Assembly (NCBI GenBank): GCA_034435355.1
Contig: DAOTXE010000036.1
Coordinates: 12,071 to 76,070 of the forward strand
DNA: 64,000 nucleotides
Reading direction: 5' to 3'
Source: Chloroflexota bacterium
GTDB lineage: Bacteria; Chloroflexota; Limnocylindria; Limnocylindrales; CSP1-4
Below the pieces are notes generated by a model. It ran no database searches, had not been told where the DNA came from, and was given only the letters and a program-made list of their open reading frames with translations. Position 1 is the first letter of the stretch, and each line of letters starts with the position of its first letter. Shown one piece after another: positions 45,657 through 53,857 of the stretch. A program made the translations under genes and the position numbers.

Positions 45657-46772
45657 TTGCCTCCGCATGCGATGGGAGCGCGAGACCGCGTGAGCACCGA
45701 AATCGAGCGCGCAGCCACCACTTCGCCCGCGGAAGCGTGGCGTCTCGATGCGTCGACCGGGAGCCTCGTCCCACGCTCGGCGCTGGACGTGATGGTGGAT
45801 CTCAACGACCGGGTCACGAGCGGGGCCCTGGCCGACTACCAGCCGGTTCCGCTCGGGTTCACCCCCCTCGACAAGACCATCGGCGGGGGCCTCCGGCCCG
45901 GCGAGCTGCTGCTCATCGGCGGCGCCCAGGGGACCGGCAAGACGACCATGGCGCTCCAGATGGCGCGCAACGTCGCGTCGGGTGGCCAGGCGAACGTCCT
46001 GTACATCTGCTTCGAGCACGAAGAGCACTACCTGCTCAACCGGATGATCGCGATGGAATCGGCGCTGGCGCACCTGCCCCACAAGACGGGCGCCATCAAG
46101 ATCCAGGACGTCCGGCGCGAGATCCTCGGCTCGTGGGTCGCCGAAGGCGAGGGTGGCCCCGTGCTCGCGTCCAACCCGCGCCTCCGGCCGAGCCTGGACC
46201 GGATCGGGCGCTACGGCCAGAACCTCTTCCTCATGCGCGGAACCCAGACGGCCAGCACGATCGACAACATCCGGCTGCTCGTCCAGAAGCACCGGGCCCT
46301 GTCCGGAGATCGCCAGCTGCTCGTGGTCGTGGACTACCTGCAGAAGGTTCCGCAGTACCCGGAGCCGAACTCGGAGACGGAGAAGGTCACCTTCGTCGTC
46401 AACGGCCTCAAGGACATCGCGCTGGCGGAGCAGGTCGGCATGATCGCGATCGTGGCGGCCGACAAGGAGGGCCTCAAGGCGGCCCGGCTGCGCAACCATC
46501 ACCTGCGCGGCTCGTCGGCGATCAACTACGAGGCCGACATCATCCTGATCATCAACGAGAAGTACCAGATCGTCGCGAAGGTCAACATCGAGTTCAACCC
46601 GTACCAGGCGCAGCGCTTCCGCGACTGGGTGGTGCTCACGATCGAGAAGAACCGGGGCGGCCAGGACAACGTCGACCTCGAGTTCGAGAAGCACTTCGAG
46701 TTCTCGTGCTTCGACCCGAACGGGCGCACCGTCCAGGAGAAGCTGATCGAGGAGCGCCTCTACAACGACTGA
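45657..46772 (+). CDS. Stand-alone DnaB C-terminal (RecA-like) domain ATPase, lacking the DnaB N-terminal domain
   Basis: Motifs GFTPLDKTIGGGLRPGELLLIGGAQGTGKTTMALQMA, LLVVVDYLQKV and HHLRGSSAINYEADIILII. The protein is only about 360-370 aa. The start is uncertain (TTG 45657, ATG 45672, or GTG 45690 after GGGAG). Confidence 0.8.
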   Translation: MPPHAMGARDRVSTEIERAATTSPAEAWRLDASTGSLVPRSALDVMVDLNDRVTSGALADYQPVPLGFTPLDKTIGGGLRPGELLLIGGAQGTGKTTMALQMARNVASGGQANVLYICFEHEEHYLLNRMIAMESALAHLPHKTGAIKIQDVRREILGSWVAEGEGGPVLASNPRLRPSLDRIGRYGQNLFLMRGTQTASTIDNIRLLVQKHRALSGDRQLLVVVDYLQKVPQYPEPNSETEKVTFVVNGLKDIALAEQVGMIAIVAADKEGLKAARLRNHHLRGSSAINYEADIILIINEKYQIVAKVNIEFNPYQAQRFRDWVVLTIEKNRGGQDNVDLEFEKHFEFSCFDPNGRTVQEKLIEERLYND

Positions 46773-46835
46773 CCCCGGGCGGCGCGCTCGCCGGGACCGC
46801 CTCTCGGCCGCTGGTGTGCCCGGCTGCGCGTGGCG

Positions 46836-46841
46836 TATCGT
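46836..46841 (+). promoter_or_regulatory. Candidate -10 (TATCGT) 6 nt upstream of ppa ATG
   Basis: TATCGT at 46836-46841, then GGCCGC, then ATG 46848. There is no SD. Confidence 0.3.
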
Positions 46842-46847
46842 GGCCGC

Positions 46848-47366
46848 ATGACCGATTCGCATCGCGCCGACTTTCCCGCCACCGTCGACATCGTGGTGGA
46901 GATCCCCCGCGGAAGCCGCAACAAGTACGAGTTCGACGAAGCGACCGGCGTCTTCCGCCTCGACCGGGTTCTCTCGTCGGCCGTCTACTACAACTTCGAC
47001 TACGGCTTCATCGCGGAGACACGGGCGGCCGACGGCGATCACACCGACGCGCTCCTGATCATCGACGAGCCGACGTTCACCGGCTGTCACGTCTGGGCGC
47101 GTCCGATCGGCGGGCTCGAGATGAGCGACGAGCACGGCTTCGACTTCAAGGTGCTGTGCGTCGCGCTCGGGGATCCCCACCAGGCCCACATCGATCGCCT
47201 CGCCCAGGTCCGGCCGCACCGGCTGGTCGAGATCGAGCACTTCTTCGAGACGTACAAGCTCCTCGAGAAGAAGGCGACCGAGGTTGTCGGCTGGCGCGAC
47301 CGCGATCGCGCCCTCGAGGTTTTGCGCGAGGATCGCGCCGCGTGGGGTCGCGAACAGGCGCGGTGA
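46848..47366 (+). CDS. ppa: Inorganic pyrophosphatase (family I)
   Basis: Motifs VVEIPRGSRNKYEFD, DYGFI, DGDHTDAL and KVLCV. Confidence 0.9.
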   Translation: MTDSHRADFPATVDIVVEIPRGSRNKYEFDEATGVFRLDRVLSSAVYYNFDYGFIAETRAADGDHTDALLIIDEPTFTGCHVWARPIGGLEMSDEHGFDFKVLCVALGDPHQAHIDRLAQVRPHRLVEIEHFFETYKLLEKKATEVVGWRDRDRALEVLREDRAAWGREQAR

Positions 47367-48043
47367 ACCGGCCCGGCCCGGACCGCTGGGTGCGCCCGCT
47401 CGGGCCCGGCGAGCGGCGGCTGTTCATCGCCGTCCCGCTCGGCGAGGGTGCTCGGGCGGCGGTCGCCTCCCTGATGGCCGGCCTCGGAGCACCCGCCGAT
47501 GGCGGACGCAACGCGGACCCGACCGCACCCCCGGCCGCCCGGCTCCGCTGGGTGCGCTCGGCCAACCTGCACCTCACGCTTCGATTCCTCGGTGCCACGC
47601 CGGCGTCCTCGATCCCGGCGCTCGAGGCTGCCCTGGACCGCGCGGCGGGCGGCTTCCCCCCGTTCGCGGCCCGCGTCTCCGGGGCGGGCGCCTTCCCGTC
47701 GCCGGCGCGACCGCGGGCCGTCTTCCTCCGGATCGGGCTGGGTGCGACCCAGCTCGCGACGCTTGCCGAGCGCCTGGCGGCAGAGCTTGGCTCGGCCGGC
47801 TGGCCACCCGCCGAGCGCCCGTTCGAGGCCCACCTGACGCTTGCCCGCTCCGACGGCGTACCGGGCGCGGCGCTGGCCGTCGATGCCCTGGCCGCGGCCG
47901 CGGGCCCACTCGACGCGGCATGGACCGTCGACCGCCTGGTCCTCTTCGAGAGCCTCCTCGGCGGCGGTCCGGCCCGCTACCTGGCCCTCCACGCCGCACT
48001 CCTCGACGGGCGGCCCTTGCAGGACCCGGCGGGCGCGTTGTAG
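47363..48043 (+). CDS. thpR: RNA 2',3'-cyclic phosphodiesterase (2H family, ThpR/LigT-like)
   Basis: Two HxTx motifs (HLTLRFLG and HLTLARS). GTGA overlap with ppa. Confidence 0.8.
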   Translation: MNRPGPDRWVRPLGPGERRLFIAVPLGEGARAAVASLMAGLGAPADGGRNADPTAPPAARLRWVRSANLHLTLRFLGATPASSIPALEAALDRAAGGFPPFAARVSGAGAFPSPARPRAVFLRIGLGATQLATLAERLAAELGSAGWPPAERPFEAHLTLARSDGVPGAALAVDALAAAAGPLDAAWTVDRLVLFESLLGGGPARYLALHAALLDGRPLQDPAGAL

Positions 48044-48113
48044 CCTCGGGGCCCCGTACCGCGACGGCGAACCCGCACCGATCCAACCCCCACGAGCCCC
48101 AGGAGAACCGCGC

Positions 48114-49478
48114 ATGTCGCAGGACCGCATCAAGTACGTGCTCGACGAGGAGCGTATTCCGCGCGCCTGGTACAACGTGGTCGCGGATCTCCCTTCGCCG
48201 CCGCCGCCCGCGCTTCATCCGGGCACGTTCCAGCCTCTCGGGCCGGACGACCTTGCGCCGCTCTTCCCCATGGCGCTGATCGCGCAGGAGGTCAGCACGG
48301 ACCGCGAGGTGGAGATTCCCGACCCGGTCAGGGACGCCTATCGCCTCTACCGTCCCAGCCCGCTCTTCCGCGCCCGCCGGCTCGAGAAGGTGCTCGACAC
48401 GCCTGCCCACATCTACTACAAGTACGAGGGCCTGAGCCCGGCCGGCAGCCACAAGCCCAACACGGCGATCCCGCAGGCGTTCTACAACGCGCAGGCGGGC
48501 GTCAAGCGGCTGGCAACCGAAACGGGCGCGGGGCAGTGGGGGACCGCGCTCGCGATCTCCGGGGCGCTCTTCGGCCTCGAGGTCAAGGTCTACATGGTCC
48601 GCGCCAGCTATGACCAGAAGCCGTACCGCCGGATGCTCATGGAGACGTACGGGGCCACGGTCGTGGCGAGTCCGTCGCCGACGACGAGCTACGGGCGGGC
48701 TGTCCTGGCGGAGACGCCGGACAGCCCCGGATCGCTCGGGATGGCGATCAGCGAAGCGGTCGAGGATGCCGCGACGCGCGACGACACGAAGTACGCGCTG
48801 GGGTCGGTGCTCAACCATGTCCTGCTCCACCAGACGGTGATCGGCCAGGAGGCGATCCTCCAGATGGAGATGGCCGGCGAGGAGCCGGACGTCGTGATCG
48901 GCTGTGTCGGCGGCGGATCAAACTTCTCCGGGCTCGCCTTCCCCTTCGTGGGCCGGATGCTCCGCGGCGAGGGCTCATATCGGGTGATCGCCGTCGAGCC
49001 CGAGGCGACACCGTCCCTGACCCGGGGCCTCTTCGCCTATGACTTCGGGGACACGGCGCACCTGACCCCGCTCGTCAAGATGCACACCCTGGGCAGCGAG
49101 TTCATTCCCGAGCCCATCCATGCCGGCGGCCTGCGGTATCACGGCATGGCGCCGCTCGTGAGCTATCTCAAGGAGCTGGGCCTGATCGAGGCGCGCGCGG
49201 TGCACCAGAACGCGACGTTCGCGGCTGGCGTCCAGTTCGCCCGCAGCGAGGGGATCCTGCCGGCCCCCGAGTCGAACCACGCGATCCGCGTGGCGGTGGA
49301 CGAGGCGCTCCGGGCGAAGGAGGAGGGCGTCGCCAGGGTGATCCTGTTCAACCTGTCGGGCCATGGCCACTTCGACCTGACCGCGTACGAGCGCTACCTG
49401 GCGGGGGCGCTGGAGGATTTCGAGTACCCGACCGAACGCGTCGCCCACGCGCTGGCGGCGCTGCCTGTGGTCGGCTGA
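48114..49478 (+). CDS. TrpB2-type tryptophan synthase beta-like PLP enzyme
   Basis: The long N-terminus ([13 protein letters not shown]) and [11 protein letters not shown]-Lys motif are typical of TrpB2. AGGAG lies upstream of ATG 48114. Confidence 0.9.
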   Translation: MSQDRIKYVLDEERIPRAWYNVVADLPSPPPPALHPGTFQPLGPDDLAPLFPMALIAQEVSTDREVEIPDPVRDAYRLYRPSPLFRARRLEKVLDTPAHIYYKYEGLSPAGSHKPNTAIPQAFYNAQAGVKRLATETGAGQWGTALAISGALFGLEVKVYMVRASYDQKPYRRMLMETYGATVVASPSPTTSYGRAVLAETPDSPGSLGMAISEAVEDAATRDDTKYALGSVLNHVLLHQTVIGQEAILQMEMAGEEPDVVIGCVGGGSNFSGLAFPFVGRMLRGEGSYRVIAVEPEATPSLTRGLFAYDFGDTAHLTPLVKMHTLGSEFIPEPIHAGGLRYHGMAPLVSYLKELGLIEARAVHQNATFAAGVQFARSEGILPAPESNHAIRVAVDEALRAKEEGVARVILFNLSGHGHFDLTAYERYLAGALEDFEYPTERVAHALAALPVVG

Positions 49479-49485
49479 CGTCGCG

Positions 49486-49515
49486 GCCGGGACGCCGTGC
49501 GGGCGGCGTCCCGGC
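49486..49515 (+). terminator. Strong GC hairpin after trpB2 (terminator-like, no U-tract)
   Basis: Perfect 12-bp stem GCCGGGACGCCG/CGGCGTCCCGGC with a 6-nt loop, starting 8 nt after the stop. Confidence 0.4.
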
Positions 49516-49523
49516 GCGCAGCG

Positions 49524-49529
49524 TAGGAT
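49524..49529 (+). promoter_or_regulatory. Candidate -10 (TAGGAT) 6 nt upstream of ATG 49536
   Basis: TAGGAT, then TCGGCG, then ATG. There is no SD. Confidence 0.35.
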
Positions 49530-49535
49530 TCGGCG

Positions 49536-49778
49536 ATGCCCCGCCTTGCCTGCTGGTCGTGCGGCCGGAACATCTACGCGACCTCGCCGCTCGAGTCGCT
49601 CTTCGCCGATGAGCGCCGCTGCCCCCGCTGCGGCACGCTCATGAACGTGGAGCGGCGGGCCTCGGGGCGTCGCGAGCGCGACCGCCGCCAGAACGCCCCG
49701 GACGAGCCGGGTCTGCCGCCCGGGGGCGAGCGCCGCGTCGTGGAGCGACGGTCCGGCGATCGCCGCCGCGGGCTTTAG
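49536..49778 (+). CDS. Small zinc-ribbon protein with Arg-rich tail
   Basis: 80 aa. CWSCG ... CPRCG is followed by ERRASGRRERDRRQ ... ERRVVERRSGDRRRG. Confidence 0.5.
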   Translation: MPRLACWSCGRNIYATSPLESLFADERRCPRCGTLMNVERRASGRRERDRRQNAPDEPGLPPGGERRVVERRSGDRRRGL

Positions 49779-49814
49779 GGCCGCTGGCCCGGCGTCGGTC
49801 GAGATACGAACCGC

Positions 49815-50696
49815 GTGCACGTCACCTTCCTCGGGTTCGGCCTGATCGGCGGCTCCGTGGCGTGTTCCCTGCGGGAGGCGGGCGGTTGGACGGCAGCAGC
49901 CTGGAGCCCGTCGGGTTCCGGGCCGGCGCGCGCCCTGGAGGCCGGCACGCTCGATGCGGCGCCGCCGACGCTGGCTCGAGCCCTCGCCGATGCGGACCTC
50001 GTCGTGCTGGCGGCGCCACCGACGGCCTGCCTGTCCCTGCTCGACATGCTCGCAGGCGAGTCTCGTGCAGACCTGGCGGCCGGAGCGGTCGTGACCGATG
50101 TGGCGAGCACCAAGACCCTGATCATGGGGCGGGCGGCCGCCCACGGGCTTCGCTTCGTCGGCGGGCATCCCATGGCCGGGAAGGAGACGAGCGGGTTCGG
50201 GGCGGCCAGCGCCGACCTGTTCGTGGGCCGCCCCTGGGTGGTGATCCCGGCACGGGACACCGATGTCGACGCGATCGAGCGGGTCGAATCCATGGTGCGG
50301 GCAACCGGCGCGCGTCCGGTCCGGATGGAAGCTGCCGCGCACGACGCCGCGGTCGCGGCGATCAGCCACCTGCCCCTCGTGGCCGCGGCTGCGCTCGTGG
50401 AGGTCGCGGCGGGCGCTCCGGGTGAGGCGGTTCCGCTGGACTGGCCGGTCGCGGCCGCGCTCGCCGCGTCGGGCTGGCATGACGTCACGCGCCTTGCCCG
50501 CGGTGAGCCGGAGATGGGAGCCGGGATCGCCGCGACGAACGCTGCGGCGCTCGCGGCGCGCCTGCGCGCGTACCGCGACCGGCTGGACGAATGGCTGGGC
50601 CTCCTCGAGGCGCTGGGCCCTGCCGGTCTTCCCGACGAGGCTGCCATCCGGGCGCGGTTCGTGGCGGCCCGCGACCGGCTGGATGGGAAGGGATAG
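49815..50696 (+). CDS. tyrA: Prephenate dehydrogenase
   Basis: NAD site FLGFGLIGGS and catalytic region FVGGHPMAGKE. Confidence 0.85.
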   Translation: MHVTFLGFGLIGGSVACSLREAGGWTAAAWSPSGSGPARALEAGTLDAAPPTLARALADADLVVLAAPPTACLSLLDMLAGESRADLAAGAVVTDVASTKTLIMGRAAAHGLRFVGGHPMAGKETSGFGAASADLFVGRPWVVIPARDTDVDAIERVESMVRATGARPVRMEAAAHDAAVAAISHLPLVAAAALVEVAAGAPGEAVPLDWPVAAALAASGWHDVTRLARGEPEMGAGIAATNAAALAARLRAYRDRLDEWLGLLEALGPAGLPDEAAIRARFVAARDRLDGKG

Positions 50697-51338
50697 ATGC
50701 CCGGGCTCGGTGACGAATCGGTGCTCGTCGTGCCCCGCGAAGCCCTGGTGGGGGAGCGCGGCTGGCATGGCGTGCTCTGCGAGGGTACCGGGCCGTACCT
50801 CGCGGCGATCGAGCGTGAAGGCCGATTCGCCCCGCGCGCCGCGATGGAGACGGACGTTCGCTTCAAGCAGGTGATCCCGTACCTGGTGCTGCGAGACGGC
50901 GACGACTACTTCCTGATGCGCCGCACGCGCGCGGGTGCCGACGCGAGGCTCCACGATCGGTTCTCGATCGGGGTCGGCGGGCACCTGAACCCGGGCGACG
51001 GCGACGTGGCCGGCGGCCTCGTTCGTGAGTGGTCGGAGGAGCTGGAGGCGCGGTTCGTGCCCGAGTTCCACCTCGTGGGGCTGCTCAACGACGACGAGAC
51101 GGAGGTCGGACGCGTCCACGTCGGCGTGGTGTTCGCTGCCGAGGCCGCGGGCCGGCCGGTCGCCGTCCGGGAGACGGAGAAGCTCGAAGGACGCTTTGCG
51201 GCGGCGCGAGAGGTCCTGAGCGTCCGCGATCGGATGGAGACCTGGAGCCAGCTCGTCTTCGACTTCATGAGCGGCCGGAGCCCCGGGCTGCGGGGCGGGC
51301 TCCCTGGCGCGGGAGACGAGGTCCTGCGCGTCGGTTGA
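50697..51338 (+). CDS. Nudix-fold phosphoesterase-like protein (COG4112-like)
   Basis: Degenerate Nudix box GVGGHLNPGD ... GGLVREWSEELE. The start immediately follows the tyrA stop. Confidence 0.6.
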   Translation: MPGLGDESVLVVPREALVGERGWHGVLCEGTGPYLAAIEREGRFAPRAAMETDVRFKQVIPYLVLRDGDDYFLMRRTRAGADARLHDRFSIGVGGHLNPGDGDVAGGLVREWSEELEARFVPEFHLVGLLNDDETEVGRVHVGVVFAAEAAGRPVAVRETEKLEGRFAAAREVLSVRDRMETWSQLVFDFMSGRSPGLRGGLPGAGDEVLRVG

Positions 51339-51426
51339 GCGCCCACGGGAGCCGCGCGGTCGATCGAGCGGCCGGCGCGGAGGCCGCCCGTGCTGCCCGG
51401 GTGCATACTGAACCGGAGAGATCCTG

Positions 51427-52779
51427 ATGCGCAGCTCGACGAACCCAGCCCGCCTCATCCCGCTCGGCGTGGGAACGCTGGCGCTCGCGCTCGGCCTTCT
51501 CGCGGGACCGGCCCGCGCGGGCGAGTCCGCGGTGGTGGTCCTTCCGGCGACCGGCGATGTCGACGGCGTGATGGCGAAGTACCTGGCCGACGGGATCGCC
51601 CGCGCGGAGCGGGAGGGCGCTCCCGCCGTTCTCGTCGAGCTTGACACTCCGGGCGGAAGCCTCGCGGCGACCGCAACGATCACCGGCGCCTTCCTGGATT
51701 CATCCGTTCCCGTGATCGTGTGGGTCTCGCCGGCGGGCGGGCGCGCGGCGAGCGCCGGCACGTTCATCACGCTGGCCGCCAACCTCGCCTACATGGCGCC
51801 GGGCACCAACATCGGCGCGGCGAGCCCGATCGACAGCAGCGGCGCGGACATCCCGGGCACGCTGGGGGTCAAGGTCATGAACGACGCGGTCGCAAACATC
51901 TCAGCGATCGCCCAGGCTCGAGGCCGCCCGGTCGCCTGGGCCGCCTCGACGGTGCGGGACGCGCAGAGCTATCCCGCTGCCGACGCGGTGTCGGCAGGGG
52001 CGGTCGACGGGATCGCGGCCACCGAGTCGGAGGTGCTCGCGGCGGCGAACGGGAGAACGGTCAGCGTGGCAGGCGGACGATCGGTCACGCTCGCGCTGGC
52101 CGGCGTCTCGACGGAGGTCGTCGGGATGAGCCCGTTCCAGGTCTTCCTGCGGATTCTCGGGGACCCGAACCTGGCGTTCATCCTCTTCGTTGCGGGCGTC
52201 CTGCTCCTCGCGTTCGAGCTCGCCAACCCGAACGTCGTCACGGGCGTCTCGGGCGCCCTCGCTCTCGTCCTCGCCTTCATCGGGTTCAGTGACCTCCCGG
52301 TCAACGTCGCCGGCCTCCTGCTGGTGGGATTCGGGATCGCCCTGCTGGCCCTCGAGACACACGTTCCCAGCCACGGCCTGCTCACGCTCATCGCCGCGGC
52401 CTGCGTGGCGGTCGGCGCGGGGACGCTCTACGGCAACCCCGGCGCCCCGACGGTGCCCGGCGTCGAGGTCGCCTGGCCGGTGATCGCCGTGATGGTCGGC
52501 CTGACCGTCCTCTTCGGCGTGCTGATCGCCGCGACCGCCTACGTGACCCGCCGGATGCGGTCGAGCCCCGTGCTGGTGGGCAGCCTCCGGGCCGCCGGCG
52601 CGAAAGGGGTGGTCTCGATCGACATCAACCCGCTCGGCGCCGTTCACGCCGTGGGCGAGGAATGGACCGCGCGCAGCGTCGACGGGCGCCCGCTCCCGCG
52701 CGGCGCGCGCGTGGAGGTCATCCGGCAGGACGGGTTGACGCTCTACGTTTCGCCGGTCGAGCCCCGCCCGGCAACCTGA
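51427..52779 (+). CDS. NfeD-family membrane-bound ClpP-class serine protease
   Basis: Signal/TM segment, ClpP-like N-domain (VLVELDTPGG ... AASAGTFI), central TMs, and a C-terminal OB-like NfeD domain. It precedes the SPFH gene. Confidence 0.8.
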   Translation: MRSSTNPARLIPLGVGTLALALGLLAGPARAGESAVVVLPATGDVDGVMAKYLADGIARAEREGAPAVLVELDTPGGSLAATATITGAFLDSSVPVIVWVSPAGGRAASAGTFITLAANLAYMAPGTNIGAASPIDSSGADIPGTLGVKVMNDAVANISAIAQARGRPVAWAASTVRDAQSYPAADAVSAGAVDGIAATESEVLAAANGRTVSVAGGRSVTLALAGVSTEVVGMSPFQVFLRILGDPNLAFILFVAGVLLLAFELANPNVVTGVSGALALVLAFIGFSDLPVNVAGLLLVGFGIALLALETHVPSHGLLTLIAAACVAVGAGTLYGNPGAPTVPGVEVAWPVIAVMVGLTVLFGVLIAATAYVTRRMRSSPVLVGSLRAAGAKGVVSIDINPLGAVHAVGEEWTARSVDGRPLPRGARVEVIRQDGLTLYVSPVEPRPAT

Positions 52780-52806
52780 TTCCCGAGCTCGAAAGGAGCC
52801 CCCAGC

Positions 52807-53724
52807 GTGGAAGCCGCCGCCCTGTTCGCGATCCTCGTGGCCGTCCTGATCCTCGTCCTGCTCCTGCTCTACCTGTCGGTCCGGGTCGTGCAGCAGTACG
52901 AGAAGATGGTCGTCTTCCGGCTCGGCAAGACGAACGAGGCGCTCGTGCGCTCGCCCGGCCTGCGCTTCCTCATCCCGATCATCGACCGCCCCGTGAAGGT
53001 TGACGTCCGGGAGCAGTTCATCGAAGTGCCGAGCCAGACCACGATCACCAAGGACAACGCGCCGATCAACGTCGACTTCCTGATCTACTGGCGGATCAGC
53101 GACCCACTCAAGAGCGTGGTCAACGTGGCGAACTTCAGCGGCGCGCTCCAGGGAGTCGCGACGACCACGCTGCGGGCCGTCATCGGAGACATCCTGCTCG
53201 ACGAGGTGCTCTCCCGGCGGGAGCAGATCAACGAGGTTCTCCGCGTCAAGCTCGACGAGGTGACGGAGCGCTGGGGCGGCAAGGTCACGACCGTCGAGAT
53301 CCGGGAGATCACGCCGCCGCGCGACGTCCAGGACGCCATGAACCGGCAGCTTTCGGCCGAACGGACCCGGCGCGCCGTGATCACGGAGTCGGAGGGGAAG
53401 CGCCAGTCCGAGATCAACATCGCGGAGGGCTCGAAGCAGGCGGCAATCCTTGAAGCGGAAGGGACCCGGCAGGCGCAGATCCTCAATGCGGAGGGTTTCA
53501 GCCAGGCGCTCGAGCGGATCTATGCGGCCGCCTCGGGGATCGACCAGAAGACGATGCTGCTGCAGTACCTCGAGGCGCTCAAGGCGCTCGGAGCCAGCCC
53601 CTCGACCACCGTCGTCATCCCGACCGAGTTCACCCGCTTCCTCGAGCCGCTCGCGCGGACGATCGGGGCGGGCCTGGCGTCGGGCGCCGAGGTGGGCGCG
53701 CCCCCCGCCGGTCCGGTGGGCTGA
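52807..53724 (+). CDS. SPFH/band 7 (stomatin-like) protein
   Basis: N-terminal TM, then VVQQYEKMVVFRLGK ... and a coiled-coil AEGxxQA repeat region. GTG follows AAGGAG. Confidence 0.9.
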   Translation: MEAAALFAILVAVLILVLLLLYLSVRVVQQYEKMVVFRLGKTNEALVRSPGLRFLIPIIDRPVKVDVREQFIEVPSQTTITKDNAPINVDFLIYWRISDPLKSVVNVANFSGALQGVATTTLRAVIGDILLDEVLSRREQINEVLRVKLDEVTERWGGKVTTVEIREITPPRDVQDAMNRQLSAERTRRAVITESEGKRQSEINIAEGSKQAAILEAEGTRQAQILNAEGFSQALERIYAAASGIDQKTMLLQYLEALKALGASPSTTVVIPTEFTRFLEPLARTIGAGLASGAEVGAPPAGPVG

Positions 53725-53762
53725 GCAGGCTGGTCAGCGGCCCGGGTTCTCGAGGCCACGGG

Positions 53763-53792
53763 GGCCGCGGTCGGCTATCATCGGCCGCGGCC
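53763..53792 (+). terminator. GC hairpin after the NfeD-SPFH pair
   Basis: GGCCGCGG/CCGCGGCC arms extended by 4 further pairs, loop CTATCA. There is no U-tract. Confidence 0.3.
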
Positions 53793-53857
53793 TGTCCGCA
53801 GTCAGGCGGATGGGGGAACGGCCGCCTGGTGCGGCGGTGGGGAGCGAGAGAGGTCGG

